DNA of 64,000 nt from Catajapyx aquilonaris. Lineage: Eukaryota. This document shows, one piece after another, positions 13,501 to 24,193 of this stretch. The stretch is from contig KZ538027.1 of NCBI GenBank assembly GCA_000934665.2, positions 62,001-126,000 of the forward strand, written 5' to 3'. Position 1 is the first letter of the stretch, and every line of letters starts with the position of its first letter. The position numbers and the translations under genes are program-made. The notes below the pieces were generated by a model that was not told the origin of the DNA, did not search any database, and worked only from the letters and a program-made list of their open reading frames with translations.

Positions 13501-16474
13501 TTGCTCCTCCGTTTCCTCACTTTTTTTGTGTGTGTGGGACTTCCAGTTCAGTGCCAATATTTGCAGCTCTGGATTTTTTTTTTTTTTTTGCAATTGTGCA
13601 TTGCCAGAAATTTGGGATTTGTTTTATTTGCGAGGTGCAGGTGGGTGCAGTTGCGGCAGGTGAAGTGGTCGGAGTTGAAAGGATCCTCGTTGATTTACAC
13701 GTGATGGTTTGGCCGTGTTGGCAGGCGGCTCACTTGCGCACTTCACCTTGACCTCGTTACTCATTGGCTAGACGTGGGGGTTTTTACACTCCGCACTTTT
13801 TGCCAACTTTCTCACATCGCTTGCCATTTATTTTCTGCGGGTACAGGGATAGAATTTGGTAATTTAATGTGCGGATGAAGCTTGGTGACGGCTTCCAGGT
13901 GGCCACTCCAATGGCACGACATCATACGCATTGGTACATACTTGGTACATGCAATAAGGAGTCAATCGGCACATACGGAAAGTATTCCTAGTCCATTCGT
14001 ACCGCATTCATTTGTATCGAGTTGAGAGCGAAATGGCCTGCATAATATCTTTTTTCCCCCAACGTATGACCTCTCCGCTCTTTGTTATTGGAATGTATTT
14101 TTACTGGTGACTTTGGAGTCTTTCTTCATCACCTATTAGCAGAGATGGTGCCAGTTAAGTGGGTGTTGTTGTTTCAAGGTTTCACCACAGGTTATGTACA
14201 CACATGCTTCTATCATAGGTTCACACCTTTTTTTTTTTCGGTACGTCCTCTCCGTTCTATGTAAGGTTAGGTCAGTCTTGGGGGGGATCATGTCGAGAAC
14301 GGACATTGCCCGTCCTTCTGAGGTATGTGGGTCGATGCAGTGGATATGCTGCATGCCATGCGTTGCAGGATTGGCAGGAAGTGTAATGGCATCATCAGGC
14401 CTTCGTAGCCAGACAGCTAAATGGGGAGCAGCGCGTAGGAGGGGAATTTTCGGCACAAAAATCTCCTTGGAACTAGCTAGTTTTGTGCTCGTAATGCGAA
14501 GTCGCAAGACAGGTGACAGGCTGCTTATATCTTTAATGCAGCAATGTTACGCATCAGATGATGTTATTAAAAGTTCTTTGCTAAATTAGTGTCACCGGGG
14601 AAGCCTGATTTTTTTTTTTCGCAATTCGCAATTGACATGTCTCTTGGCATGAGGAGATGAGTTGCTGAAAGGTGCTCATCAGTCATCCACTGTCAGGTTG
14701 ACAGGGCATTATTACATGGCACATTCTCCAAGTCGACTTCCTTGTTCGCATATTTTCAGTGACACTAAAACAAAACCGTTCCCTTTCAGGTGAAGGAACT
14801 GCAGAAACTTCGTGAAGACAACCGCAAGCTGCGAGTCCAGTGTGAGTGCATGGCTCATGAAGTTGACCTCCATGACAACGGCCGAGGTAAGACTTCGCAT
14901 TCTAATTCGACAACGAAGAGGCTTATTCCGTCTCGGATGTTTCAGTGCCACTATGTGAAACCAGTGAGGAGTTCTACAAGAACATCAACACTGGCCAGGA
15001 AGGCCCTGTGCTTTTATCTCAACCATCGGCCGAAACACCTCACAGTAAGTTCATGCTGAGTAGCTACGATTCGGTGCTGTCTCGATTCGCTTTCTAATAA
15101 TATTTTGTGATGGTTTTCCAGCTCCAGCATCCAACTTTGTGGACCCCGGTGGAGGAGTAGGAGGCAAGACGGGGGACGAGGAGGAGGAGGGCATCAGTGA
15201 AGAGGGCCCTCAGTGGACCTGCTCCATGTGCACATTCCACAACCACCCAGCACTGGACAAGTGCGAGCAGTGTGACATGCCTCGCATCATGCTAGGTACG
15301 CCCTCACAACCACAGGTCATCTCCAAACCCTGCTACTGTCACAGGCAGCATTACGGGACCGTCTGCTGAGCGTAGGGCCATCATCCATCTTGTGTTGCAT
15401 TGTTCGGTTTGTCACCCATACTCATTGTCGAGTTGTTGTGTCATCCCTGACGGATATGTTAACAGTTACTTTATATGCACTTGAAGCCGTGTAGGTCACT
15501 GTTATCCCACCAGCTTCATTTGCAAGGATAGGTTTACTGTTTAGTACCTAGTCGTACAGATTGTACGTTGTAGATATTACAGTCAGTAGTGTTGTGACAT
15601 TCACTGCAGTGAAAACAATTAATCGAGGTGTCTTGCAGGGCAGGCGTTGTTGACGAGCAGTGCAATAAGTGGATTTGCTTTAATCTGTGCCACGTAAGAC
15701 TGCCTTACAATAAATAAATACGCCTCATGGCCTTCATCTTCTCCTGGCTGCTACAGAGTTTGCAATGTTTAAGGTTGGTTGTGAAAGCAACGTACGCACA
15801 TGTTGCACTTGTTGTGTAAAGTTATCCACACGAAGCGCACACGGTTGTGCAGTCTCATATCAGTATTACCTTGCAACGCTAAGAGCTGTCCGTAATTTAT
15901 GTAATAATCCTGTAGCAGTTACAACTTACAAGTAGGACAATAGCTACTGATGTTTTCACAAACCATCTTCAAAGTTACGCTAAACAAATTTACTTTTCCG
16001 ACCACATTATTTTCATACGCACACCAGTTGTGTAAATTGTACGGACATCGCAAAGGCATACTAAAAACATTGAAAGCAACGGTGTGTTTTTTCCTCCTTT
16101 ACTAAACATTCCTCCCAAAAATGCTTTCACGATGCCAATATTTTGGTGAGTCTTAACAATAAGTTGCGACCACATATCAACAAGGCATGCACATGACTTG
16201 CTCTCTAATTTGCATTTGGTTGCCCTTCAGCTGGCGGAGAAACAAGAGATATCCATATTCACGTGACTCATCATCACAACTTCCCACTCAGAAGTAAGGC
16301 TCGGCAAGTTGAATTTGGCAAAAAAGAAAAAAGAAAACATAAATTTGCTAACAGTGTGGATTCAATTTTTCTAATTAATATTACTTAACAAAATGTTTTG
16401 AGTGATTTTAATGCCGTGTAAACATTATTTGTGGCTCTTCCCTTCTAGGAGTGGTTCACAGTTGGGTCGTGTGA
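4587..16474 (+). CDS. TAB2: TAK1-binding protein 2/3 (CUE domain, Pro-rich region, coiled coil, NZF zinc finger). Exons 4587-4688, 5166-6441, 9341-9498, 14790-14886, 14946-15044, 15122-15295, 16231-16293, 16449-16474 (664 aa). Alternative end by read-through of exon 6 to the stop at 15369.
   Basis: The N-terminus [29 protein letters not shown] is CUE-like. YTQALLLHQ...LEEEL and [25 protein letters not shown] resemble the TAK1-binding coiled coil. [24 protein letters not shown] is an NZF finger. All junctions are GT-AG and phase-consistent (1995 nt total). An in-frame TGA at 4542 precedes ATG 4587. The last two exons are less certain. Confidence 0.92.
7552..7719. mobile_element. Hairpin-forming MITE, PIF/Harbinger-like
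   Basis: Outer arms TGCGTTTACATGTGAGCGATTTG / CAAATCACTCACATGTAAACGCA and inner arms AAATCTTTGCCGAGGCTGA / TCAGCCTCGGCGAAGATTT, with TAA/TTA at the edges. The superfamily is inferred. Confidence 0.7.
8090..8337. mobile_element. Non-autonomous hAT (Buster/Charlie-type) MITE, 248 bp, in TAB2 intron 2
   Basis: Perfect 13-bp terminal inverted repeats CAGTGCTTCCCAA / TTGGGAAGCACTG. A perfect 8-bp target-site duplication TACTAGAG flanks them (8082-8089, 8338-8345) and fits the Buster nnnTAnnn preference. Confidence 0.9.
11556..11581. repeat. (GA)n microsatellite
   Basis: Read directly from the sequence. Confidence 0.9.
12208..12541. mobile_element. Degenerate inverted-repeat element (MITE-like) in TAB2 intron 3, with a related fragment at 34991-35065
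   Basis: Imperfect arms of about 33 bp: CTGCAGGCCAATGAACGTTATTGTGGCTTTTCCA / TGGCAAAGCCACAATAATGTTTTTGGCCTGCGG. A near-identical CAGGCCAATGAACGTTACTGTGGCTTTGCCACTGCGAGATGCA occurs at about 35022-35064. No clear target-site duplication. Confidence 0.5.
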
Positions 16475-18156
16475 ATTTCACTTTTTACAAAAAAACGATT
16501 TAAAAAAAAAAAAAAGAAGGGCAGGCCAGTTTTGTTGCAGGTATTCATGTTTCCATGCATGGCACGATTCCTGAATGCCGCATGAAAAAGTCATGTGCAT
16601 GCAATTATAGCAATTAGCGTGTAGTGTGCAATTATTTCTCTCGTTGGTGTGACTTAACTAGCAGTTTGTATTAAGCATTGTTTCAGGAGGCTTAATTAGA
16701 AAGCTACTCACGTGACGAAGGAACTTAACGACTATTTTGATTTCATACGGTGATTAACTTGAATACGCAAGCATGAAAATGTGCTGTAATTGCAAAATAG
16801 TAGCTGAAATAATATAAAATACTGTTCACGTCGTATTTTGACCACAATTGAAAGGTATTTTTATTACGTCGCAGTGCATATATTTTTCAGTCTAAATTGC
16901 GTAGTAGTTACTGATTTTAACGTAGGTACTGCTAACTTGATGCTTTAAGAATCTTGTGACTTTTTGTCGTTTGATTTGTCGTCAGAATGATCGTCGCATC
17001 TATTGAAATATTTTTTTTTCTTACAAATGATGTTGAAGAATCTTGGTTTAAATGCGTACCTGAAAGTATTGTGTTGATGCTCATCATTAACCTTTTTTTT
17101 GTTACACGTTTTTTTGATCAGCATAAATGATCGTTTCTGCTTTGCTTCCGTTTCAGATCGCAACCTGTGACAAAAAGTTGCCGTCATTTATTCATAATTC
17201 ATCTCTGGCGACTAGTCCTGGACATTTTTGCACACGATTGATCAAGAAGCTGGGGGGGGGAAATTTTACTGATTTTTTAAAATGAAATATTATTTTTTCG
17301 CTCAGGAAGTTTTTAGTTAATTTTATCCCCCCGCCTGCCCTAATGATGGGTAACATCGTTAACATGAAATCACTACAAGTGTCGAATGCTGTGATACAAA
17401 CACTGTATTAGTTCTGGTTTCATAATATTGCAGCAAAGGTGTTTTAAAACAAAAACGAAAGAGTGACTGACTTTTGGGTTGTAATTTTTTTAAACGACTG
17501 CATCGACACTTGAGATTCGGGTTTTTATTTTTTAACCCTTCAAGTCTCTTTACAGCAAGTGCATTTAACTGTAAATAGTGTATGTTTCTTTTTTCTGGTC
17601 AATTGTTTTATTTTTTCCCCCCTCCCCCCACCCCTCCTTTCCCCCAAGTGATGTACTGTTAATTACTGCACACATTTCGCTCATTCCAGATTGTTTTAAA
17701 ATATATGTATAAATTTATGCAGCATTTTATAGTCTAATTTAAGACTGATACAACAACTCCGTTTTATATCCTTCCCGCAGCTATCAAAATATCGTAATGG
17801 AATAATTGGCGCAATTTGAACGCAGCTGCAAAGTAACAACTCGCAGGCTTTATTAACATTCCCCATGAACTGATTTTTTATTTTTTTTCCAATTAAAAAA
17901 AAAAAATGACATAAGCACAAATGTACTACACACACGTACACGCAACACATTACACGTGACTTCCATGCTGGTCGTGGACGTCACTTTTTTTTTTTAAAGA
18001 AAATCAAGCTCAACCATAAGTTGTGAATGTTATTTTGCTGCGTAACATTTTTCAAAAGTAGCCACCTTTTCTTGTTATTGCAATGTATGTATATTTTTTT
18101 GAAACGGTTCTAACTGCAACACACATGCATTTAGAATAGCATATTTTACAAACGAG

Positions 18157-18290
18157 AATAAATTGAAAATGAACTTGAGTGTCTAGGCAATGTTTTAAAA
18201 AATTACAACCCGCTCTCTTACATTTCAAATCCGAATTATGCCAAAAGAAATAAAAAATGGAAGTCGTTACACTTTGACAAGACGTTTATT
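18157..18290. terminator. Candidate poly(A) signals for convergent TAB2 (+; 18157, 18249) and SYF2 (-; 18285-18290)
   Basis: AATAAA hexamers on opposite strands between the two stop codons. Confidence 0.5.
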
Positions 18291-18363
18291 TTGCATGGTA
18301 TTATAATTAAGGGTTTTAAAACAAAAAAAAAAGGGTTACATGGAAATGCACACTCGTATAAAA

Positions 18364-19858
18364 TCACACCGCTGTTCCACGTTCCAGGTTCTGTTTGATC
18401 TCCGACGTGTACTGTCCATAGAATCGCTCCAGCTTCTTGTTGAACTTCATATTCCTCTCGTTGATGTAGTCGATATCGGCATCATCGTTGTGCATGCGAC
18501 GCCGACTGTACTTGGCCCGCTTTTCAATCCTGCAAAAAAAATTAAGGCTTCATTACATGTCCCAACCCTTTCAAAGTGTGATACTCACTGTCGCTCGACA
18601 TCCTCTGCCATTTTGTTAATGGCATCCTTACTGTCCTTCTGCTGCCCTTGGAGGATGGTGTTCCTGGAGGCGTAAAAGGCGGGCCCCAGACGCTCCTTCT
18701 CCCTCTCGTACTCATCCATGTCCGGTTTGATATTGCGCACCAGGTGGTTGTACTGCCTGTGAATTGCAAGCATTGAAGTGAAGGCAACGGCGATTCCCCA
18801 AGCTCTCGCAACAATTGGCCGTAGCGAAATCCCCATTCATCCGGTGCTTTTGTTAAACCTTTCATCCGGTGTGTCGGCTATTTTTCCGCACATTACTATC
18901 TCAATATGAAATTCTGGGAGGAGCAAAGTAATTTTGTGAAATTATTTTAAAATTTGTCATTTTCTGCAATTTCTTTTCTCAATATGCATTCACAACAATC
19001 ACGACTGTCAATAACCTACCGCATGTTACATAATTACGAACTTAAAGCTTATCAAAAGACCTTTAAAACGAGACATTTTTCCCAGGTTTGTATCTCACCT
19101 AGTGGGCGAGACAATTGTATTCAACTATTTCAAGATGCAGCTTTTTTTTTTTTGTAACAAACTTGAATAATTAATAATTTAATAGCTTCTGAAAGACATT
19201 TCGTGGTTTCAAATTATTGTTAACTGTGTAAAAGGACACTAGATAAACCGAGTTTCATCAAAATCTGAAAGTGTCAAGCAGAATGAGTGTGTTGATTAAA
19301 GTTGACATGTTGTGCTGCCAGGTTCCTCACCGAACGGTGGCGGCCTCGAAGTTGGAGAAGCCAGGGTCCGGGTTCTTCTTCTTCCTCTTCCGGTCCCACC
19401 TCTCTGCCTCGTCCGCCTGCATGTCGAGGAGCCTGGTCCTGGAGTAGTCCTCCCCCTGGGCCTCTGCTTCCCTCCTGCGGTCGTCCTCCTCCAGGAACCA
19501 CTCGGCCCTCCTCTTCTTGGCGTCCCAGTTGGTGGGAAGCTTTGCGCGCCTGTCCTCCTCCACCACCTCCTTGTTGTTCAGCACGCTCGCCTCATTCTAT
19601 AAGTACGCGCATGTCATTCATAATGCAACTATAATGCGGTGAATTAATTATTCCAACATTGAGCCCGCAACAACAACAACAAACCCTTCTGATGTGCAAG
19701 TCCCTGAGCCTCTTCATCCTGTCCGCATACTTCTGGGCGCTGCCGCTGCCGCTGCTGGAAGACGACGAAGAAGAAGAAGAAGAAGACTCTCCGCCGGATC
19801 CGCCCTCCTGAACCGGATCCGAATCGGGCTCGGCCACAGCTGCAGGCGAAGAAGACAT
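18364..19858 (-). CDS. SYF2: Pre-mRNA splicing factor SYF2. Exons 19858-19685, 19596-19331, 18756-18589, 18529-18364 (257 aa).
   Basis: Motifs [35 protein letters not shown] and [48 protein letters not shown] are characteristic of SYF2. GT-AG junctions are phase-consistent (774 nt). Confidence 0.96.
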
Positions 19859-20746
19859 CCCGGAAGATTTTTAACAACGAACGAACGAAATTCGCAGCAA
19901 CAAACTAAAAGTATCAACAAAAAAATATATAAAAAAAGATGGCGGACTACGTGACGTCATTTGCATTTACAACTTCACATACATTGAAAATAAGTTGTGA
20001 TAATACGCATGCGCTTCAGCATCGGAGACACTGTGATGTTGAAAATTTGGTCATTTGGTACGCATGCGTACAATAACTCTGAAGTATGTGAAGATGAAAA
20101 TGTGTGATATTCTTGCGCATGCGCCTAGGATTTGCACACACACTGTGAGGTTGAAAATGGGCATATTTATTACGCATGCGCACAAGCCTGTGAACAATGT
20201 GACGTTGGAATTTATTGTAATTTTTGCGCATGCGTGTAATCACTCTGAGTACGGTGAAGCTGAAAATTGGTCGATGTTGTTTTGCGCATGCGTTCCAGAC
20301 ATGCAAAGACTGTGAGGTTCACGTGAGGTTGAAAATGGGTTATTGCCACGCATGCGTACAAGTCCTGTCAGCAATGTGACGTTGGAATTTATTGTAATTT
20401 GTTGCGCAGGCGTACAATTACTCTGACTACTGTGAAGTTGAAAATAGTTGTTTCCATGCGCATGCGTTCAGGATATGCAAAAGTGTGAAGTTGAAAATTA
20501 ATCAGAAATTAATTGTTACTTGCTACGCATGCGTACAGGCACGGTAGACAATGTGAAGTTGAAAATCAGTAGTATTTGCTACGCATGCGTTCCAGCATAG
20601 TGGACATTGTGAAGTTGAAATTTTGTTGTGCCTTTCTACGCATGCGCTCCAGCATTTTAAACACTGTGGGCTTGAAAATCAGTTGTGGAGAGCATAGCAG
20701 CTATTTGTTTCATAAAAGTAGCAGTTGTCGACATTAGTTTGAAAAA
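19859..20746. promoter_or_regulatory. Bidirectional promoter region of SYF2 and HIBADH
   Basis: 888 bp lie between the divergent ATGs. It contains a YY1-like AAGATGGCGG (19936-19945), CRE TGACGTCA (19952-19959), octamer ATTTGCAT (19959-19966) and the NRF1-like array. Confidence 0.75.
19985..20680. repeat. Tandem array of 12 diverged units (about 56 bp) carrying RCGCATGCGY palindromes, in the SYF2/HIBADH intergenic region
   Basis: Palindrome copies near 20005, 20060, 20115, 20172, 20226, 20284, 20348, 20404 (variant), 20458, 20525, 20581 and 20638. They alternate with a TGTGA(A/G/C)GTTG(A/G)AA(A/T)T motif. Confidence 0.92.
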
Positions 20747-22024
20747 ATGGCAGCACAGACCAAAATGATGTTTTCTATTTCTACACGTGTTTTCGCCACG
20801 TGTGTTTTCTCCAGGAGCTTTTCAGGTACCGATTCGGGACCTTCAGATCTGGGAATCCAGTGTTAGCAACGATGAGTTGTTGATGTGAGTTTAAATGGAA
20901 TGTTATGTAACATGTGTCTTACCTTCCAGGAAGTGCTGCGGCCTGCAGGTCAAGTCAGGTCGGATTCGTTGGACTTGGGAACATGGGAGGTCCCATGGCC
21001 CTCAACCTCATCAAAAAGGTTAGGACAATTATTAGAGGTTGCACAGCACCAGTCATACACACTGTACTCATTATTCGCAGGGACATGAACTCGTTTCCTT
21101 CGATCTTGAACCAACCGCCGTGTCTGCACTGAAGGCTGCTGGAGCCACAATTGCACCCAGTCCTAAAGAAGTTGCGGCAACAACTAAGCAGATTGTGACG
21201 ATGCTGCCAAACAACGCGGCGGTCAGACAAGTGTACACTGGTCGAGGCGGACTATTAGAGTAATTAACACAGCTGGCTGTGACAGAGCAATTAATATGAT
21301 AACAATGAGTAATTTCAGGAGTGTGCGGACAGGAACGGTCTTGATTGACAGCAGCACCGTTTCCCCCGACGTGTCGAAAGAAATGTCGAAAATGGCTGCG
21401 GACAAAGGGGCCATTTTCTTGGACGCACCTGTGTCCGGCGGTTAGTTGCCAACGATTAGCTCATAAACATGTAATCAACAGTTGCTTCCTGCAGGTGTGA
21501 ATGCAGCAAGTGCAGCCACCCTAACATTCATGGTAGGTGGCGACAAGTCGCAGTACGAGTCAATCCGTCCATTGTTGCTGGCCATGGGAAAAAATGTGGT
21601 CCATTGCGGACCTGTCGGGTCAGGGCAGGCAGCCAAAATATGCAACAACATGCTCCTGGCCGTGTCGATGGTCGGAACGGCAGAGACAATGAACCTTGGG
21701 ATCAAGCTTGGGTTGGATCCGAAGCTGCTGGCCACCGTGCTCAACAATAGCTCCGGCCGATGCTGGTCCAGCGAGGTGTACAACCCGGTTCCAGGCGTGA
21801 TGGATGGCGTCCCATCATCCAATGAGTACAAGGGAGGGTTCGGGGTTGGGCTGATGGCCAAGGACTTGGGACTGGCTCAGGACGCTGCAACTGGGACGTC
21901 CTGTCCCATCCCTTTAGGAGCCTTGGCGCACCAGGTCTACAGGATGATGCTGGCTGCAGGCTACAGGCAGAAAGACTTTTCCTCAGTCTTCCAGTACTTG
22001 CAGGAGACGGACAAATCCTTATGA
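20747..22024 (+). CDS. HIBADH: Mitochondrial 3-hydroxyisobutyrate dehydrogenase. Exons 20747-20825, 20930-21018, 21081-21259, 21319-21440, 21495-22024 (332 aa).
   Basis: Rossmann motif VGFVGLGNMGGPMA, plus LIDSSTVSP, FLDAPVSGG, catalytic GSGQAAKICNNML and SSGRCWSSEVYNPVPG. The N-terminus lacks acidic residues and resembles a mitochondrial presequence. Junctions are phase-consistent (999 nt). Confidence 0.96.
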
Positions 22025-22169
22025 TTTCATGTTACTTGACAATGGTTACGGGAACAACTCTCTGCAGGCCTGTGTGACGTGAAAGTATTGTGCAATTTAA
22101 AATAATTATTTTTGTACCAAATCATCCAACAGTGCAGGATGTTTATTGACGACCAATGTTTTCAGTGGA

Positions 22170-22183
22170 AATAAAAATTTATT
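22170..22183. terminator. Back-to-back poly(A) signals for convergent HIBADH (+) and MFSD9 (-)
   Basis: AATAAA (22170-22175) on the + strand and TTTATT (22178-22183), which is AATAAA on the - strand. Confidence 0.55.
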
Positions 22184-22380
22184 GCTCATGAACTTGGTCA
22201 TTGGAATATTTTTATTACAATAATTATTAGCAGCATATTCTCTTAATCTCTAATAATCTCTTAATCACAAACTTATCACATTCTGTACGGATGGCTCTAC
22301 ACCAACGTAATACTATAGAGGGTGTAATCTAATCTGAAACAAGGGCAATGTAATCATAAAAAATTACACAACATATTGCA

Positions 22381-22524
22381 TAGGCTGTGTTTACATGTGA
22401 GCTATTTGATCAGCGATATGATGCGATGATATCAATGGTTTTGGAGCGAAATGCGATTGTTATTTTCACTCCAAACAATTGGTTTCATCGCTGAGCGAAT
22501 TTCTCACGTGTAAATGTGGCTTTA
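22381..22524. mobile_element. Degenerate relative of the 7552-7719 MITE, downstream of the MFSD9 stop codon
   Basis: The left end GGCTGTGTTTACATGTGAGCTATTTG resembles 7555-7580. The right end TTCTCACGTGTAAATGTGGCTTTA is an imperfect inverse of it. Confidence 0.5.
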
Positions 22525-22558
22525 AAGCTGATATGACAGCCCTTGTTGTTCACACCTG

Positions 22559-24193
22559 TCAGCTCCTTTTACTTGCATTAAAACCCCTTCTCGATACAAT
22601 GTTAGCGAGAGTAAATGCGGTTAGAGAGCTGACCACGCCGACTAATCCAGGTCCTCTTAAGCTGACCTCCTGGGCCAGTCCAGCAAAGGTCGGGCTGACC
22701 ATCCTGGCCAGAGAGGTCACGCTCTGTCCTGCTCCAACCACTCCACCGATGCCTCTAACACCCTCATTGTCCGCAACGGCCTCTAAAGTCACCTCAGTAC
22801 AAGCCACTCGCAGCACCGCATTCGCAACACTAAACGGCACCAAGCAAATGCACAGCATGGTCATTGATGGAGCGACGGCCAGGCCGACTAGTGCAACCGC
22901 CTGCAATGCCGTGAAGTGAATTAGCTGCCTTTTGCTGTCTCCAGCGTACAGGTTGGCTAACGATCCGATTCCCAGCCCAGATATGGAGCTGGCTGCTCCC
23001 TGAAGCGACGTGAGGTATCCAATTTGTACAGGCGTAGCTTCAAACAGCGTCGAGAGCACCAGCGAGAAGTTGCTGCGATACACAATAGCCGCGAAGCTCA
23101 GTAGGAAGCGAAGGGTCAGGATATCCCAGCAGAGTGACCAGTCAATTGCAGTCAGGAACGAGTAAGAAGTGTTGGAACTGGGCGCTGTCGATTGCGACTC
23201 ATCGCACAGCAGCACAAGACCTGGAAGTAAATGTTATTAGTTGAGTTTGTTTTTTGTGCGCTCACTATTCGTACTGATTCGTACACACAAACTTACACCA
23301 ATTGAGCATGAACACTCCAGCTGCAGTGCAGCATATGAGATAAATTCCGCTGTCCATTCCGGCCAGATGTCCCCCGATTGTGGGTCCCACAATGAACCCC
23401 ATGCTTCCCAATGCGTTGAAGTTCCCCATGACCTTCGCCCTCTGCTCCGACCCTCCTCCAGCTTCCCAAGTGACCAGATCCAACACCATGGCTCGTGAGA
23501 GGTTCTGCGTGTGCTTGAAAAGACCAGACATCACTCTCGACAGCAGCACGACCGGCAAACTGGTGGCCAATCCAAGCAGAAGGTATCCGGCAGCCGATAA
23601 GACAAGGCATAAGGAGAGAACCCGCTTCCGTCCCTGGTTGTCGCTCAAGCTTCCCTATACGGAGAGTGCGCTATTAATAAGGTTGCGATGACATGCAATT
23701 GCGTACGTACCACTTGCGGACTGGATATGAGCTGGACGGCTCCGAACACAGATCCCAACACGCCGTTGAAGAACGGCGATGCTCCGAGGCTCTGGATGTG
23801 CGGCATCAGAACCGGTACCATCAGACTCACCGCCAGCAAATCCTGCGCACAGAGCGTACTCACTACTGATTGCACAAGTACACAAGTGCTAATTTCTAAT
23901 TACACAAGTACACAAGTGCTAATTTCTAATTACACAAGCACACAAGTACTAATTACACACTGTGCCCATTTGTTGCATTTTCGCGCCACAGTTTGAATAA
24001 TTAGATTGGCACCCCTGCAAGGTCACGTGACCGCACCCTATTGGCGCTATTGGCTATGAATCGACAGGGGTGCCAACCGCGTTTTCAAGTATGTGGGCCG
24101 GCAACTATAGTTAATGTGAAAAATGTAATTACCGGGTGTACTTACCATGAATGCAACGAGGTACAGTACGTATATCTGATGCTGCTTTCTCAT
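22559..24193 (-). CDS. MFSD9: Major facilitator superfamily transporter, MFSD9-like. Exons 24193-24146, 23842-23711, 23654-23297, 23220-22559 (399 aa).
   Basis: MFS motif A GSLSDNQGRK, plus FMDLLAVSLMVP, SRVMSGLFKHTQNLSRA, GFIVGPTIGG, YRSNF and GAGQSVTSLARMVSP, with many hydrophobic helices. Junctions are phase-consistent (1200 nt). Confidence 0.88.
23870..23960. repeat. 30-bp minisatellite (about 3 copies) in MFSD9 intron 1
   Basis: Unit TTACACAAGTACACAAGTGCTAATTTCTAA repeated in tandem. Confidence 0.85.

Noticed and set aside
15639..15693. Possible extra TAB2 cassette exon (AG...GTAAG)
   Set aside because: At 55 nt it would shift the frame of the downstream tail exons. The acceptor is weak and the peptide is unremarkable.
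19985..20680. CRISPR-like appearance (palindromic repeat with variable spacers)
   Set aside because: The locus is eukaryotic with no cas genes. The conserved blocks are short and the spacers are homologous to each other, so this is a tandem repeat.
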